A stretch of 35,031 bases of DNA from a virus (taxonomy: Duplodnaviria; Caudoviricetes), in IMG/VR virus record IMGVR_UViG_3300033067_001100, positions 1 through 35,031 of that record; one strand, 5' to 3'. The translations under genes were made by a program, and so were the position numbers. Of this stretch, positions 27,746-34,826 are shown piece by piece. The notes under the pieces were generated by a model, which made no database searches, was not told the origin of the DNA, and saw nothing but the letters and a program-made list of their open reading frames with translations. Every line of letters starts with the position of its first letter. Positions within the stretch are counted from its first letter, which is position 1.

Positions 27746-27803
27746 CCCTAACCCCTCGCTCGAACCGACCGCCTACGGCGGCGGTTCAGCTCGAACGTTA
27801 GGC
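27746..27803 (+). other. attC site D
   Basis: CCCTAAC, L'' GCT(C)GAAC / L' GTTCAGC, bulged A, CCGCC-TAC-GGCGG tip, R' GTTAGGC; 58 bp. Confidence 0.88.
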
Positions 27804-28280
27804 GTCGCCAAGCTCGCCGCGCAGCATGGCGGCCTCGATTTCATGCACATTCACCTGAGCGCCTTCATCCTTTGACGTCTGGATGCCGTATCGCTTCATG
27901 TCGCGGCTCAAAAACTGGCCGAGCAAATGCCGTGCCGTGGTTACACGATCATCTTCTGTAGTCACATGCCACAGCCAGCCCCACGCAATCGCGGCGGCGC
28001 TTTTCAGTGCGTCAAGCTCCATGCCTTCCGGCGAGGTCGCGTGCAGTCGGCGCACCGTTTCAAAGTTCCGCGTTTCTTCAGGTGTAGCCATTTCGTTAAT
28101 CTCAGTCATTTTTGAGCCTTTCCGCTTTGCCCACACAAGAGCAAGCGGTCGGTATCCTGTGTGGCACATAGTGCCGTCTGCAAAAAGGCACTCGTAGTGA
28201 CGTGGCCCCCATGTCTCGCAGCCGGGGCCGTGTGTTCCGATGTTTGCTCGGCTGGCTTGTTTATAACTTATCTTGCTCAT
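27798..28280 (-). CDS. Hypothetical protein (possible internal start at 28109)
   Basis: GGAGG RBS; second candidate RBS AAAGG before MTEINE; stop TAA inside the site D core. Confidence 0.55.
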   Translation of the reverse strand: MSKISYKQASRANIGTHGPGCETWGPRHYECLFADGTMCHTGYRPLALVWAKRKGSKMTEINEMATPEETRNFETVRRLHATSPEGMELDALKSAAAIAWGWLWHVTTEDDRVTTARHLLGQFLSRDMKRYGIQTSKDEGAQVNVHEIEAAMLRGELGDA

Positions 28281-28322
28281 TTGTTGCCTCCAGCGCCAGC
28301 CGTATTGTGTCTTTGTCTGTCA

Positions 28323-28586
28323 TCAAAACCTCCACCACCACGGCTTGCGTGGCTTCAAGTTGTCGTCGGTAAGAATTTGCAGAAAAACCCAGAAAAACAC
28401 CGCCACGACTGCGCATATAGCTATGAATCCGATAGCGGCCAGCAGGTAAAGTAGCTCGTCTGGCTTCTTTACTTTGGCTACGAAAAAGGCAATCAAAGTC
28501 ACTACGCCGACAATGGCAAAGGCGTTTTTGAGCGCCCGTAGCAGTTCGTTGACCTGGCGGGACTGGGGGCTGTACCAAGGCTTCAT
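28323..28586 (-). CDS. Two-TM membrane protein
   Basis: GGAGG RBS; two hydrophobic stretches; lower GC. Confidence 0.65.
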   Translation of the reverse strand: MKPWYSPQSRQVNELLRALKNAFAIVGVVTLIAFFVAKVKKPDELLYLLAAIGFIAICAVVAVFFWVFLQILTDDNLKPRKPWWWRF

Positions 28587-29059
28587 CGCACATCCTCCAG
28601 CGTCAACACTGCGCCACCGCTCATGCGCCGGTACGACTCCTTGATGGCGTGCTGCAGTTGCAGCGGGCTCGATGCGTCGGCCATGGCTTCCCAGGCGTCC
28701 AGGGCGGCGGGCACGTCGCGCAGGCCTGCGGCGTCAAAACCGAAGCGCAGGCCGCGCAGGCGGCGGTCTTTGGCGCGCACCATGGCGGCTTGGCCTAGCT
28801 TGATGGTTTCCACCAGCAGCTCGTCAATCTCTTCAGCCCGCACCAGCGCGGCGTTGAGGATGTGAGCCACCAGGTCGAAGTCCTGTTCGGTGGCGCTGCC
28901 GTCGCGCAAGCGTTCCAGGGCTACGCGGCACTCGATGTGCTCCTTGTCCAGTTGCCCCGGCTCATTGGGCTTGGCCATGCCCAGCAGGCGGAACGCGGCG
29001 GTGTAGTCTTTTTGCCAGCCGCGCTTGTGGCGGGCGGCGGTTCTGTGTGTGGTTTTCAT
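28583..29059 (-). CDS. Hypothetical phage protein
   Basis: 158 aa; high-GC codon use; coupled stop/start. Confidence 0.7.
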   Translation of the reverse strand: MKTTHRTAARHKRGWQKDYTAAFRLLGMAKPNEPGQLDKEHIECRVALERLRDGSATEQDFDLVAHILNAALVRAEEIDELLVETIKLGQAAMVRAKDRRLRGLRFGFDAAGLRDVPAALDAWEAMADASSPLQLQHAIKESYRRMSGGAVLTLEDVR

Positions 29060-29108
29060 GCTCTAGCCCCCGTGGTTATTGCGTAAGTAGCTATCAAATG
29101 CATAGCGG

Positions 29109-29348
29109 TTAAAGTAGGCTCTGTTGGTTTTGTTTGAAGGCACGCGCGGCCTCGGCCTGGGCCTGCTTGCGTTCCTTGGCCTCGCGCTTGAGCACGTCGG
29201 CGCGCACCAGCGGGCATTGCGGGTCGGCCATGTCGATGCTGTAGCTGTGGCCCTGCCAGGTGCAGCCACCGTAAAAGCGGGCAATGGAGAGCTGCGTGTC
29301 CAGCCAGCCATAGATGCGCTCGGGCGGTGGGTTGCTGTACATGCTCAT
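29109..29348 (-). CDS. Hypothetical phage protein
   Basis: GGAGG RBS; TQLSIARFYGGC. Confidence 0.65.
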   Translation of the reverse strand: MSMYSNPPPERIYGWLDTQLSIARFYGGCTWQGHSYSIDMADPQCPLVRADVLKREAKERKQAQAEAARAFKQNQQSLL

Positions 29349-29473
29349 TGCTCTGCCTCCCAGCGCTTGCGCCCTTCGGCAATCAGGCTGTACAGGTGCT
29401 TCAGCGTGGCATCGTGGTGCGCCTGCCACTCGCGCAGCAGGGCCAGGGAGTGTTCTTTGTCGGGGTGGGTCAT
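29345..29473 (-). CDS. Small hypothetical protein (42 aa)
   Basis: GGAGG RBS; ATGA coupling on both sides. Confidence 0.5.
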   Translation of the reverse strand: MTHPDKEHSLALLREWQAHHDATLKHLYSLIAEGRKRWEAEQ

Positions 29474-29580
29474 GCGGCCTCCGTGGGGGCGAGCCGCAGC
29501 GCACGCATGGGTGCCAGGCCCAGCGGCAGCGCCACCGGCATCAGTTGCGGCAACGTGGCAGGGTTCGTCGTCGTCATCAT
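29470..29580 (-). CDS. Small hypothetical protein (36 aa)
   Basis: Fills the gap with ATGA coupling on both sides. Confidence 0.35.
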   Translation of the reverse strand: MMTTTNPATLPQLMPVALPLGLAPMRALRLAPTEAA

Positions 29581-29882
29581 TCGTCCCCCGCCACGGTGCT
29601 GCTGTGCCGCAGCACGCCCGGCGTGCTGCGGTCCACGGTGCCGGTGGGCGCGCGGGTAATGGCGGCCACGGCGGCGGGCGATTTCAGGCCGTCGATGAAG
29701 CTGCTGCTGTCCTGGCCTGTGACCTTGATGTAATCCACTTCCACACGGGCGGTATCCACTATCACGCTGGCCACCTGGGCCACGGCGCGGGCGCGGTCGG
29801 GCTCCATGGGGTTGTTGCGGTTGCGCAGGTCGCGCAGGGTGCCCAGCAGCTCGCTGCGCAGTTCACTGATATGGTTGCTCAT
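29577..29882 (-). CDS. Hypothetical protein adjacent to the HNH gene
   Basis: LRSELLGTLRDLR...RARAVAQVASVIVDTARVEVDY. Confidence 0.75.
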   Translation of the reverse strand: MSNHISELRSELLGTLRDLRNRNNPMEPDRARAVAQVASVIVDTARVEVDYIKVTGQDSSSFIDGLKSPAAVAAITRAPTGTVDRSTPGVLRHSSTVAGDE

Positions 29883-30580
29883 GCTGATTGTTCCTTCTGG
29901 TTTTCGCGGTTGATGCGGTTGACTTGGCGGGTGATGGCGCCTTTGAGCTGCACCAGGCGGCCATACTCTGGCGAGCGGGTGTAGGGCGAGTTGCGCCGGA
30001 CGTTGTCGACGCGGCTGATGCATTCCAGGCGCTCGGGGGTGATGTCGTCCAGCACGGCGGTGGCCTGGCCGGGGCGAAACACCACAATGTGCCCGGCTGG
30101 TATGGCGCCGTGCGCGGCCTCCCACACCTGGCGGTGCACGGCCACCCAGCGGCGCGGAGCGGGGAGGTGCGTGTCGTCGGTGAACTTGCGCTCCAGGTAG
30201 CCATCCTTGCTCAGGCGCAGGGTGCCGATTGGTGCGTAGTTGTGGCTTTCTTCGGGTCGACGCCCAGGCTTGAACTGCGTGCGCTTGCAGTTGTCGTGCA
30301 ACCCGGTAGAGCCCTTGACACCCTTGTTCCATGGCGTGGCGCCGGGCTGGATGCGCGATGCCACCATGCGTGGGTCGGTGTGGCCGCACTGGATGCGTTT
30401 GGCCAGGTCCGATGCGTAGAACGCTTCGGACTTCTTCAGGCCCAGCGCGGCGGCTTTGCTGTAGACCGCGCGCACGCTGGCGCCCATGGCGTCGGCCATG
30501 GCCTGCGCCGTCACATGCGGGTAGTGCTCGCGCAGCAGTGCCTCCCAGGCGGGGGTCCAGTGGAAGCGCTTCATGGTCAA
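29879..30580 (-). CDS. HNH-family phage protein
   Basis: PWNKG, TQFKPG, VHRQVWEAAHGAIPAGHIVVF. Confidence 0.8.
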   Translation of the reverse strand: MTMKRFHWTPAWEALLREHYPHVTAQAMADAMGASVRAVYSKAAALGLKKSEAFYASDLAKRIQCGHTDPRMVASRIQPGATPWNKGVKGSTGLHDNCKRTQFKPGRRPEESHNYAPIGTLRLSKDGYLERKFTDDTHLPAPRRWVAVHRQVWEAAHGAIPAGHIVVFRPGQATAVLDDITPERLECISRVDNVRRNSPYTRSPEYGRLVQLKGAITRQVNRINRENQKEQSA

Positions 30581-30765
30581 ATCCTCGCTTTACTGATCTG
30601 CCCGGTTCGGCCTGGGCGTGGTTTCTTCAGGCAAATCTGCGAACTGGCGCCGGGCGGCGGCGGTGGCGTGGAGGCCTTGCGCTTCGGCTCGGGCTGGGTG
30701 AACAGGTGCGCCACGCTGTCGGGAATGAACCCGCGCGGGTTCCATGGGAAGGGGGTGGTTTTCAT
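30577..30765 (-). CDS. Small hypothetical protein
   Basis: ATGA coupling; Pro/Lys-rich. Confidence 0.45.
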   Translation of the reverse strand: MKTTPFPWNPRGFIPDSVAHLFTQPEPKRKASTPPPPPGASSQICLKKPRPGRTGQISKARI

Positions 30766-30944
30766 GGGGTGGTGGATGGGATCGGTTGGGGCGCAACACC
30801 CCACTGCCGCGCCGTGCGCAGCTGTATTTCCAGCGCGGCCAGTTGCGCGGGCGACAGCGGGTTCTGGTAGGGCGGCACGGATTCGGTGTGCACCGACACG
30901 GTGCCAAGCGGCGTGTCGCGCAGGGTGATGTGGACTTCGGCCAT
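30762..30944 (-). CDS. Small hypothetical protein
   Basis: AGGAG RBS; 60 aa. Confidence 0.6.
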   Translation of the reverse strand: MAEVHITLRDTPLGTVSVHTESVPPYQNPLSPAQLAALEIQLRTARQWGVAPQPIPSTTP

Positions 30945-30953
30945 GGCGCGCTC

Positions 30954-31184
30954 CTACAGCCCCAGCACCCGGGCCGCCACGTAGCCCGCGGTGCCAAACA
31001 CGACGGCCACGCTCAGGCCTGCGGTGACACCCACGGCGACCCAGTAGGCAATGCGCTCGAAGGGCGACAGCGATTCCTTGAAGTCGCGCTCGGCCTCACC
31101 CAGCACGCAACAGCAGCCGGTGTCGCGGCTGGCCTGCACGCTGGCGGCCAGGGCTTGGGCGGCGGCAGTGTCGGCTTCGTTCAT
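30954..31184 (-). CDS. Small protein with a C-terminal TM segment
   Basis: MNEADT...YWVAVGVTAGLSVAVVFG. Confidence 0.55.
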   Translation of the reverse strand: MNEADTAAAQALAASVQASRDTGCCCVLGEAERDFKESLSPFERIAYWVAVGVTAGLSVAVVFGTAGYVAARVLGL

Positions 31185-31264
31185 ACCCGCACCCCATACA
31201 GCATGGCCAGCAGCACCACGCCGGTGGCGTGGAACATGGGGTACTGGTGGCGCTTCTTGCTCAT
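31181..31264 (-). CDS. Tiny hydrophobic peptide (27 aa)
   Basis: ATGA coupling on both sides. Confidence 0.4.
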   Translation of the reverse strand: MSKKRHQYPMFHATGVVLLAMLYGVRV

Positions 31265-31821
31265 GCGGCCCCCAAAACCAAAGGGTTGAAGGACTGAAGC
31301 GGCATTCTGCGGACAAAACGGCAACGGCGCTCGCAGTCCTTGCCGTCGATGGTCTGGAGGCCGTAGGCGAAGTACTGAATGAAGGCGCGGTACTCGCCGT
31401 ACTGCGTGCCAGTCCAGTACACATAGTTGGTGTCGAACTGGTCCCGCAGGTTGGCGTAGAGCAGGGCGGCTTCGAAGCGCGTGGGCAGGTTGAAGTCCTT
31501 GTGGCCATCGGCCTCGATGGTCTTGGCGTGCTCCATCGCAGCCGGCCACTTGAATTCCTGTTCGGGGGCGCAGGCGGCCAAGATCAGCGGGTAGTCATCC
31601 TGGCCGTCAAGGCCACGGGCCATGCCCCCATAGATGCCGCCCTGGCCGGGCCAGTACTGGCCGATGCGCGGCGGCTGGCTGGTGGTGGCAGTGGGCGCGG
31701 GCGCTTCGCCTTCGGCGCCGGTGTCCACTTCGGGGCCGCGCAGAAGCGCGTCAATGAAGGCGCGCGACAGGGCGGCGGTGCCGGAATTCACATGCACCGT
31801 CAGATTTTCGATATGCAGCAT
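31261..31821 (-). CDS. DUF1566/Lcl-type (C-type lectin fold) protein; probable DGR target
   Basis: GQYWPGQGGIYGG, DFNLPTRFE, YWTGTQY, RCRFVRR. Confidence 0.85.
   Translation of the reverse strand: MLHIENLTVHVNSGTAALSRAFIDALLRGPEVDTGAEGEAPAPTATTSQPPRIGQYWPGQGGIYGGMARGLDGQDDYPLILAACAPEQEFKWPAAMEHAKTIEADGHKDFNLPTRFEAALLYANLRDQFDTNYVYWTGTQYGEYRAFIQYFAYGLQTIDGKDCERRCRFVRRMPLQSFNPLVLGAA
31309..31410 (-). repeat. DGR variable-repeat-like segment VR2
   Basis: 83/102 nt identical to 31880-31981; all differences at codon positions 1-2. Confidence 0.8.
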
Positions 31822-31861
31822 GGTGGGTTCTCTGGAGTAAAGGATTGAAGGGTTGAAGGAC

Positions 31862-32476
31862 TCAAGCGATTTGAATCAGGCGGACAAAACGGCAACGGCG
31901 CTCGTAGGCCTTGAGGCCGATGTCCTGGCCGCCGTAGTAGAAGTCCTGAACGAAGGCGGTGCTCTCGCCGTTCTGCGTGCTAGAAAAGTAATAGCAGTCG
32001 GTTTCGAAGGCCTCGGAATTGCCTGCCTGGAAGTCCTCTGCAGTGGTCTGTGCGGGGCTGTCTGCGGTGTACGGGTAGCCCGCAGGGATGCTGCTGGCGT
32101 TGTCACCATCGCGGAAGCTGCAGCAGTTTTCTTCGGTAGTGGGCTTCAGGTAGCGGTAGCCCATTTCCAACACGTCGCGGGCCGGGATGCACCAGTCGGT
32201 AAAGCCGCCGATGTTGGCTTCCAGGGCCTTCTGTGCAATGGGGCTACCAGCTGCGGCCATTGCCTGGGTGTTGGCCATGCTGTCGTAGCAGCTGGTGGCG
32301 CCGGGCACATCGGTGCAGGTGTCCAACCAATTACCGGTGATTTCACCTTCAGCCCTGGGTGCCCAGACGATGGCGCAGATGGCCAGGCCGATCTTGATCT
32401 TGCCGCCGTAGAAGCCGCCTTCGAAGGGCGTTCCGCGGGCTTCGGGGGCGATGATGGCGGGGGTTGTGGTTTGCAT
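31862..32476 (-). CDS. DUF1566/Lcl-type protein; probable DGR target
   Basis: GTPFEGGFYGG, IGGFTDWCIPARDVLE, YFSSTQ, RCRFVR. Confidence 0.85.
   Translation of the reverse strand: MQTTTPAIIAPEARGTPFEGGFYGGKIKIGLAICAIVWAPRAEGEITGNWLDTCTDVPGATSCYDSMANTQAMAAAGSPIAQKALEANIGGFTDWCIPARDVLEMGYRYLKPTTEENCCSFRDGDNASSIPAGYPYTADSPAQTTAEDFQAGNSEAFETDCYYFSSTQNGESTAFVQDFYYGGQDIGLKAYERRCRFVRLIQIA
31880..31981 (-). repeat. DGR variable-repeat-like segment VR1
   Basis: Aligns without gaps to 31309-31410; no third-position differences. Confidence 0.8.
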
Positions 32477-32498
32477 AGGTGCTCCGGGTTGGTGGTGG

Positions 32499-33107
32499 TC
32501 AGATGGGGAGTTCGATTTCGGCCTCGTCGGCCAGGGTGCGGGCGCGCTTCTCAAAACGCAGGGCCCACTCGCGGGGTGTGCGCAGAACGCAGCTGGGCGC
32601 CATCAGGGCGGCGTCGTTCCAGGGGGCAATTTCCCGCCCTGGGGTGTCGATGACGGGCCACAGCGCATGCCTGTCCAGGTCAAAAGGCAGCAGATCGCGC
32701 CGCTCTGTGGCCAGCGCCACCAGGTCAAACTTGCGCACCACGGGGGCGTAGTCGGCCATGGCGTCGAGCAGGCCAAAGCTGTGCAGCACGGCGGCTTCGT
32801 GCATAGCCTCCAGCGTGGCCCAGGCCTTGCCCAGCAGGGGTTTCATGGGCGCAGCCACGTCGCCGCAGTACACCTCGTGGGCGTCGTGCATCAGGCCGCA
32901 CAGCTCGGCCATAGGCCCCCAGCCTGCGGCGTGCACCATGTCGGCCACCAGCAGGCTGTGTTCGGCCACGCTGTAGGCGCGACACGCGTGCCCGGTGTAG
33001 CGGTTAATGTGCGCCAGCGCGTGGGCAATCTCGCCCAGGGTGTAGCCGCTTGCGGGTGGGTTCGCCAGGTCGTGCTCGCGGCCGGTGGCGGTCAGAATCC
33101 AGGTCAT
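32499..33107 (-). CDS. HD-domain phosphohydrolase (YfbR-like, phage type)
   Basis: IAHALAHINRYTGH, YSVAEHS, LMHDAHEVYCGD, LATERRDL. Confidence 0.88.
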   Translation of the reverse strand: MTWILTATGREHDLANPPASGYTLGEIAHALAHINRYTGHACRAYSVAEHSLLVADMVHAAGWGPMAELCGLMHDAHEVYCGDVAAPMKPLLGKAWATLEAMHEAAVLHSFGLLDAMADYAPVVRKFDLVALATERRDLLPFDLDRHALWPVIDTPGREIAPWNDAALMAPSCVLRTPREWALRFEKRARTLADEAEIELPI

Positions 33108-33117
33108 GCGGCCACCT

Positions 33118-33765
33118 TCAGCAGATCGACGTTGTGGCGGTCGCTTTTGTGCGCAACTTGCCTTCAAACTCGCGCACCAGCCTGGAGAAGGCCAACAGGT
33201 CGGACTCCAGCGCCTCGATGGCGGCTTCGTCGCGGGTGATGCGGTGGATGCTCATGTGCAGGCCCATGCATTCCAGGTCGGGGGCCCACAGGCACAGGTC
33301 GACCCACTGGCGCCCCAGCAGCCACAGGTAGCCATTGCACTGATCGATGTAGGCGCTGATGTCGCCATCGGCCACGGCGGTGAACAGCGTGTCGCTGCTG
33401 ACCATGGTCTTGATTTCGAGCACGCCGTCCGTGCCGATCAGCCCGTCGGGCGAGAGGCCGAACAGGCCGTCGTCGGTGGTGATGAAGCCCACTTCCTGTA
33501 CCAGGTTGCCGGTCATGGCCTCGTAGTGCATCCGGGCCAGCGGTTCCTGTTCGGTGCCGGTGCGCATGGCCGCGTTCTGGAACTTGGGCGGAACGGTGCC
33601 GCCCACCCGTTCGCGGGCGGTGTCCATGGCGTACTGCAGCTGGGCCTTGGACGCGCCACCCTTGGCAAGTTTGTCGCGGGCGTCCTTGAAGCGCGAGCCG
33701 GTGATGCAGCCTTTGCGGGCCTGCAGCCATTCGGGGCTGCCTTGTTCGTGGTCGTGGTGGATCAT
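33118..33765 (-). CDS. YqaJ/lambda-exonuclease family recombination nuclease
   Basis: QGSPEWLQARKGCITGS, GTEQEPLAR, SPDGL, LEIK. Confidence 0.92.
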   Translation of the reverse strand: MIHHDHEQGSPEWLQARKGCITGSRFKDARDKLAKGGASKAQLQYAMDTARERVGGTVPPKFQNAAMRTGTEQEPLARMHYEAMTGNLVQEVGFITTDDGLFGLSPDGLIGTDGVLEIKTMVSSDTLFTAVADGDISAYIDQCNGYLWLLGRQWVDLCLWAPDLECMGLHMSIHRITRDEAAIEALESDLLAFSRLVREFEGKLRTKATATTSIC

Positions 33766-34727
33766 TGCGCACCCTCCATGGCCGCTTTCAGTTCCTCGAA
33801 CTTGCCCGCCAGCACGTTGCTTTCCTCCATGTCGGCAATGTCGGTGATGAACTCGGCGGCCACGTACAGCGCGTCGAGGTTGGGCGCGGCCACCATGGAC
33901 GCCATGACCTGCGCAAAGGTCTTGGGCGTGCGCGCCTGCGGCTGGGGGGGCGCAGCGGGCGGGGTGTCCACGGTGCGGGCAGCATCGGCTGCTGTGGCCA
34001 CATCTTTGAGGCGGTTGTGTTCGTCCTTGCCGATGGCCTTGCGGGTGTCGGCGCTGGCGGCTTTCCAGAATGCGCTGTAGGTGGCCACGCCTTCTTCGGC
34101 GGCGCTTTGGGCGGCTTCGAGCACGCCGGGGGCGGGGGCGGCGGCCACTTCCTGGGCTGCGCCCATGTCGCGCGGGGTGGCCACTGTTTCCAGTTCGTCG
34201 GGGCTGTAGACGCCCAGGATGGCGCCGGGGCAGTACAGGCGGGCCCAGTTCTTGGTTTGCAGGTAGGCCATTTGCTGGCGTGGGTTGGTTTTCCACAGCG
34301 GGCTGTTCTTGGTGGTCACCTTGGCCTCGCTGAGCCACTCTCCCCAGGTGATGGCCGCTTCGCCGCGCAGCACGGCGCCCACGCGGCATTCCACGGCGCC
34401 GGGATTGCCCTTGTATTCGTAGTGGAAGCGGCCGTCGATGCTGCCGCTGGTCTGCACCACGGCGTTGACGAGCTGGGCCTCGTAGCCCAGGTGGCCGTTG
34501 ACGATGTGGGTTTTCTGCGCCACGGCAAAGGGGTTCATTCCCCACTGCATGGACTGCATGACCACGGCCATGCAGTCGGCCGGGCTTTTTTGCAGGTGCT
34601 GGGGCACGGTGCTGCGCCCGCTGGCCATGAGTTCGGCCACGCGCATCATGCTCTCCATGGTGGCCGCGTTCATGACCATGTTGGCCGTGGCGATGTTGGT
34701 TTGTTCGGTGGTGGTGATGGCGTTCAT
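33762..34727 (-). CDS. recT: RecT-family single-strand annealing protein
   Basis: VPQHLQKSPADCMAVVMQSMQWGMNPFAVAQKTH, WKTNPRQQMAY, ILGVYSPDEL. Confidence 0.88.
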   Translation of the reverse strand: MNAITTTEQTNIATANMVMNAATMESMMRVAELMASGRSTVPQHLQKSPADCMAVVMQSMQWGMNPFAVAQKTHIVNGHLGYEAQLVNAVVQTSGSIDGRFHYEYKGNPGAVECRVGAVLRGEAAITWGEWLSEAKVTTKNSPLWKTNPRQQMAYLQTKNWARLYCPGAILGVYSPDELETVATPRDMGAAQEVAAAPAPGVLEAAQSAAEEGVATYSAFWKAASADTRKAIGKDEHNRLKDVATAADAARTVDTPPAAPPQPQARTPKTFAQVMASMVAAPNLDALYVAAEFITDIADMEESNVLAGKFEELKAAMEGAQ

Positions 34728-34826
34728 TTGGCGTTTTTCCAGGCAGTTGAAAGGGAGTAGGTGAAAGGCATTCCGCTGGTCAGGTAGTAGCGGGCAAGGC
34801 GGTAGGTGATGACGAAGCGCATCACG
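34644..34826. repeat. 183-bp direct repeat copy 1
   Basis: 5 mismatches versus 34957-35031 + 1-108. Confidence 0.95.
34724..34822 (-). CDS. Small hypothetical protein (32 aa)
   Basis: MRFVITYRLARYYLTSGMPFTYSLSTAWKNAK. Confidence 0.55.
   Translation of the reverse strand: MRFVITYRLARYYLTSGMPFTYSLSTAWKNAK

Noticed and set aside
25597-27803. Repeated palindromes as a CRISPR array or simple terminators
   Set aside because: Spacing is gene-sized, the copies are divergent, there are no cas genes or U-tracts, and attC features fit better.
33766-34545. N-terminal half of the 475-aa ORF as a RecT-exonuclease fusion
   Set aside because: It is an alternative frame over recT; the exonuclease has its own ATG at 33765, coupled to the recT stop.
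29888-34760. Long plus-strand ORFs over the left operon
   Set aside because: Antisense shadows; none has RT (YxDD context) or integrase motifs.
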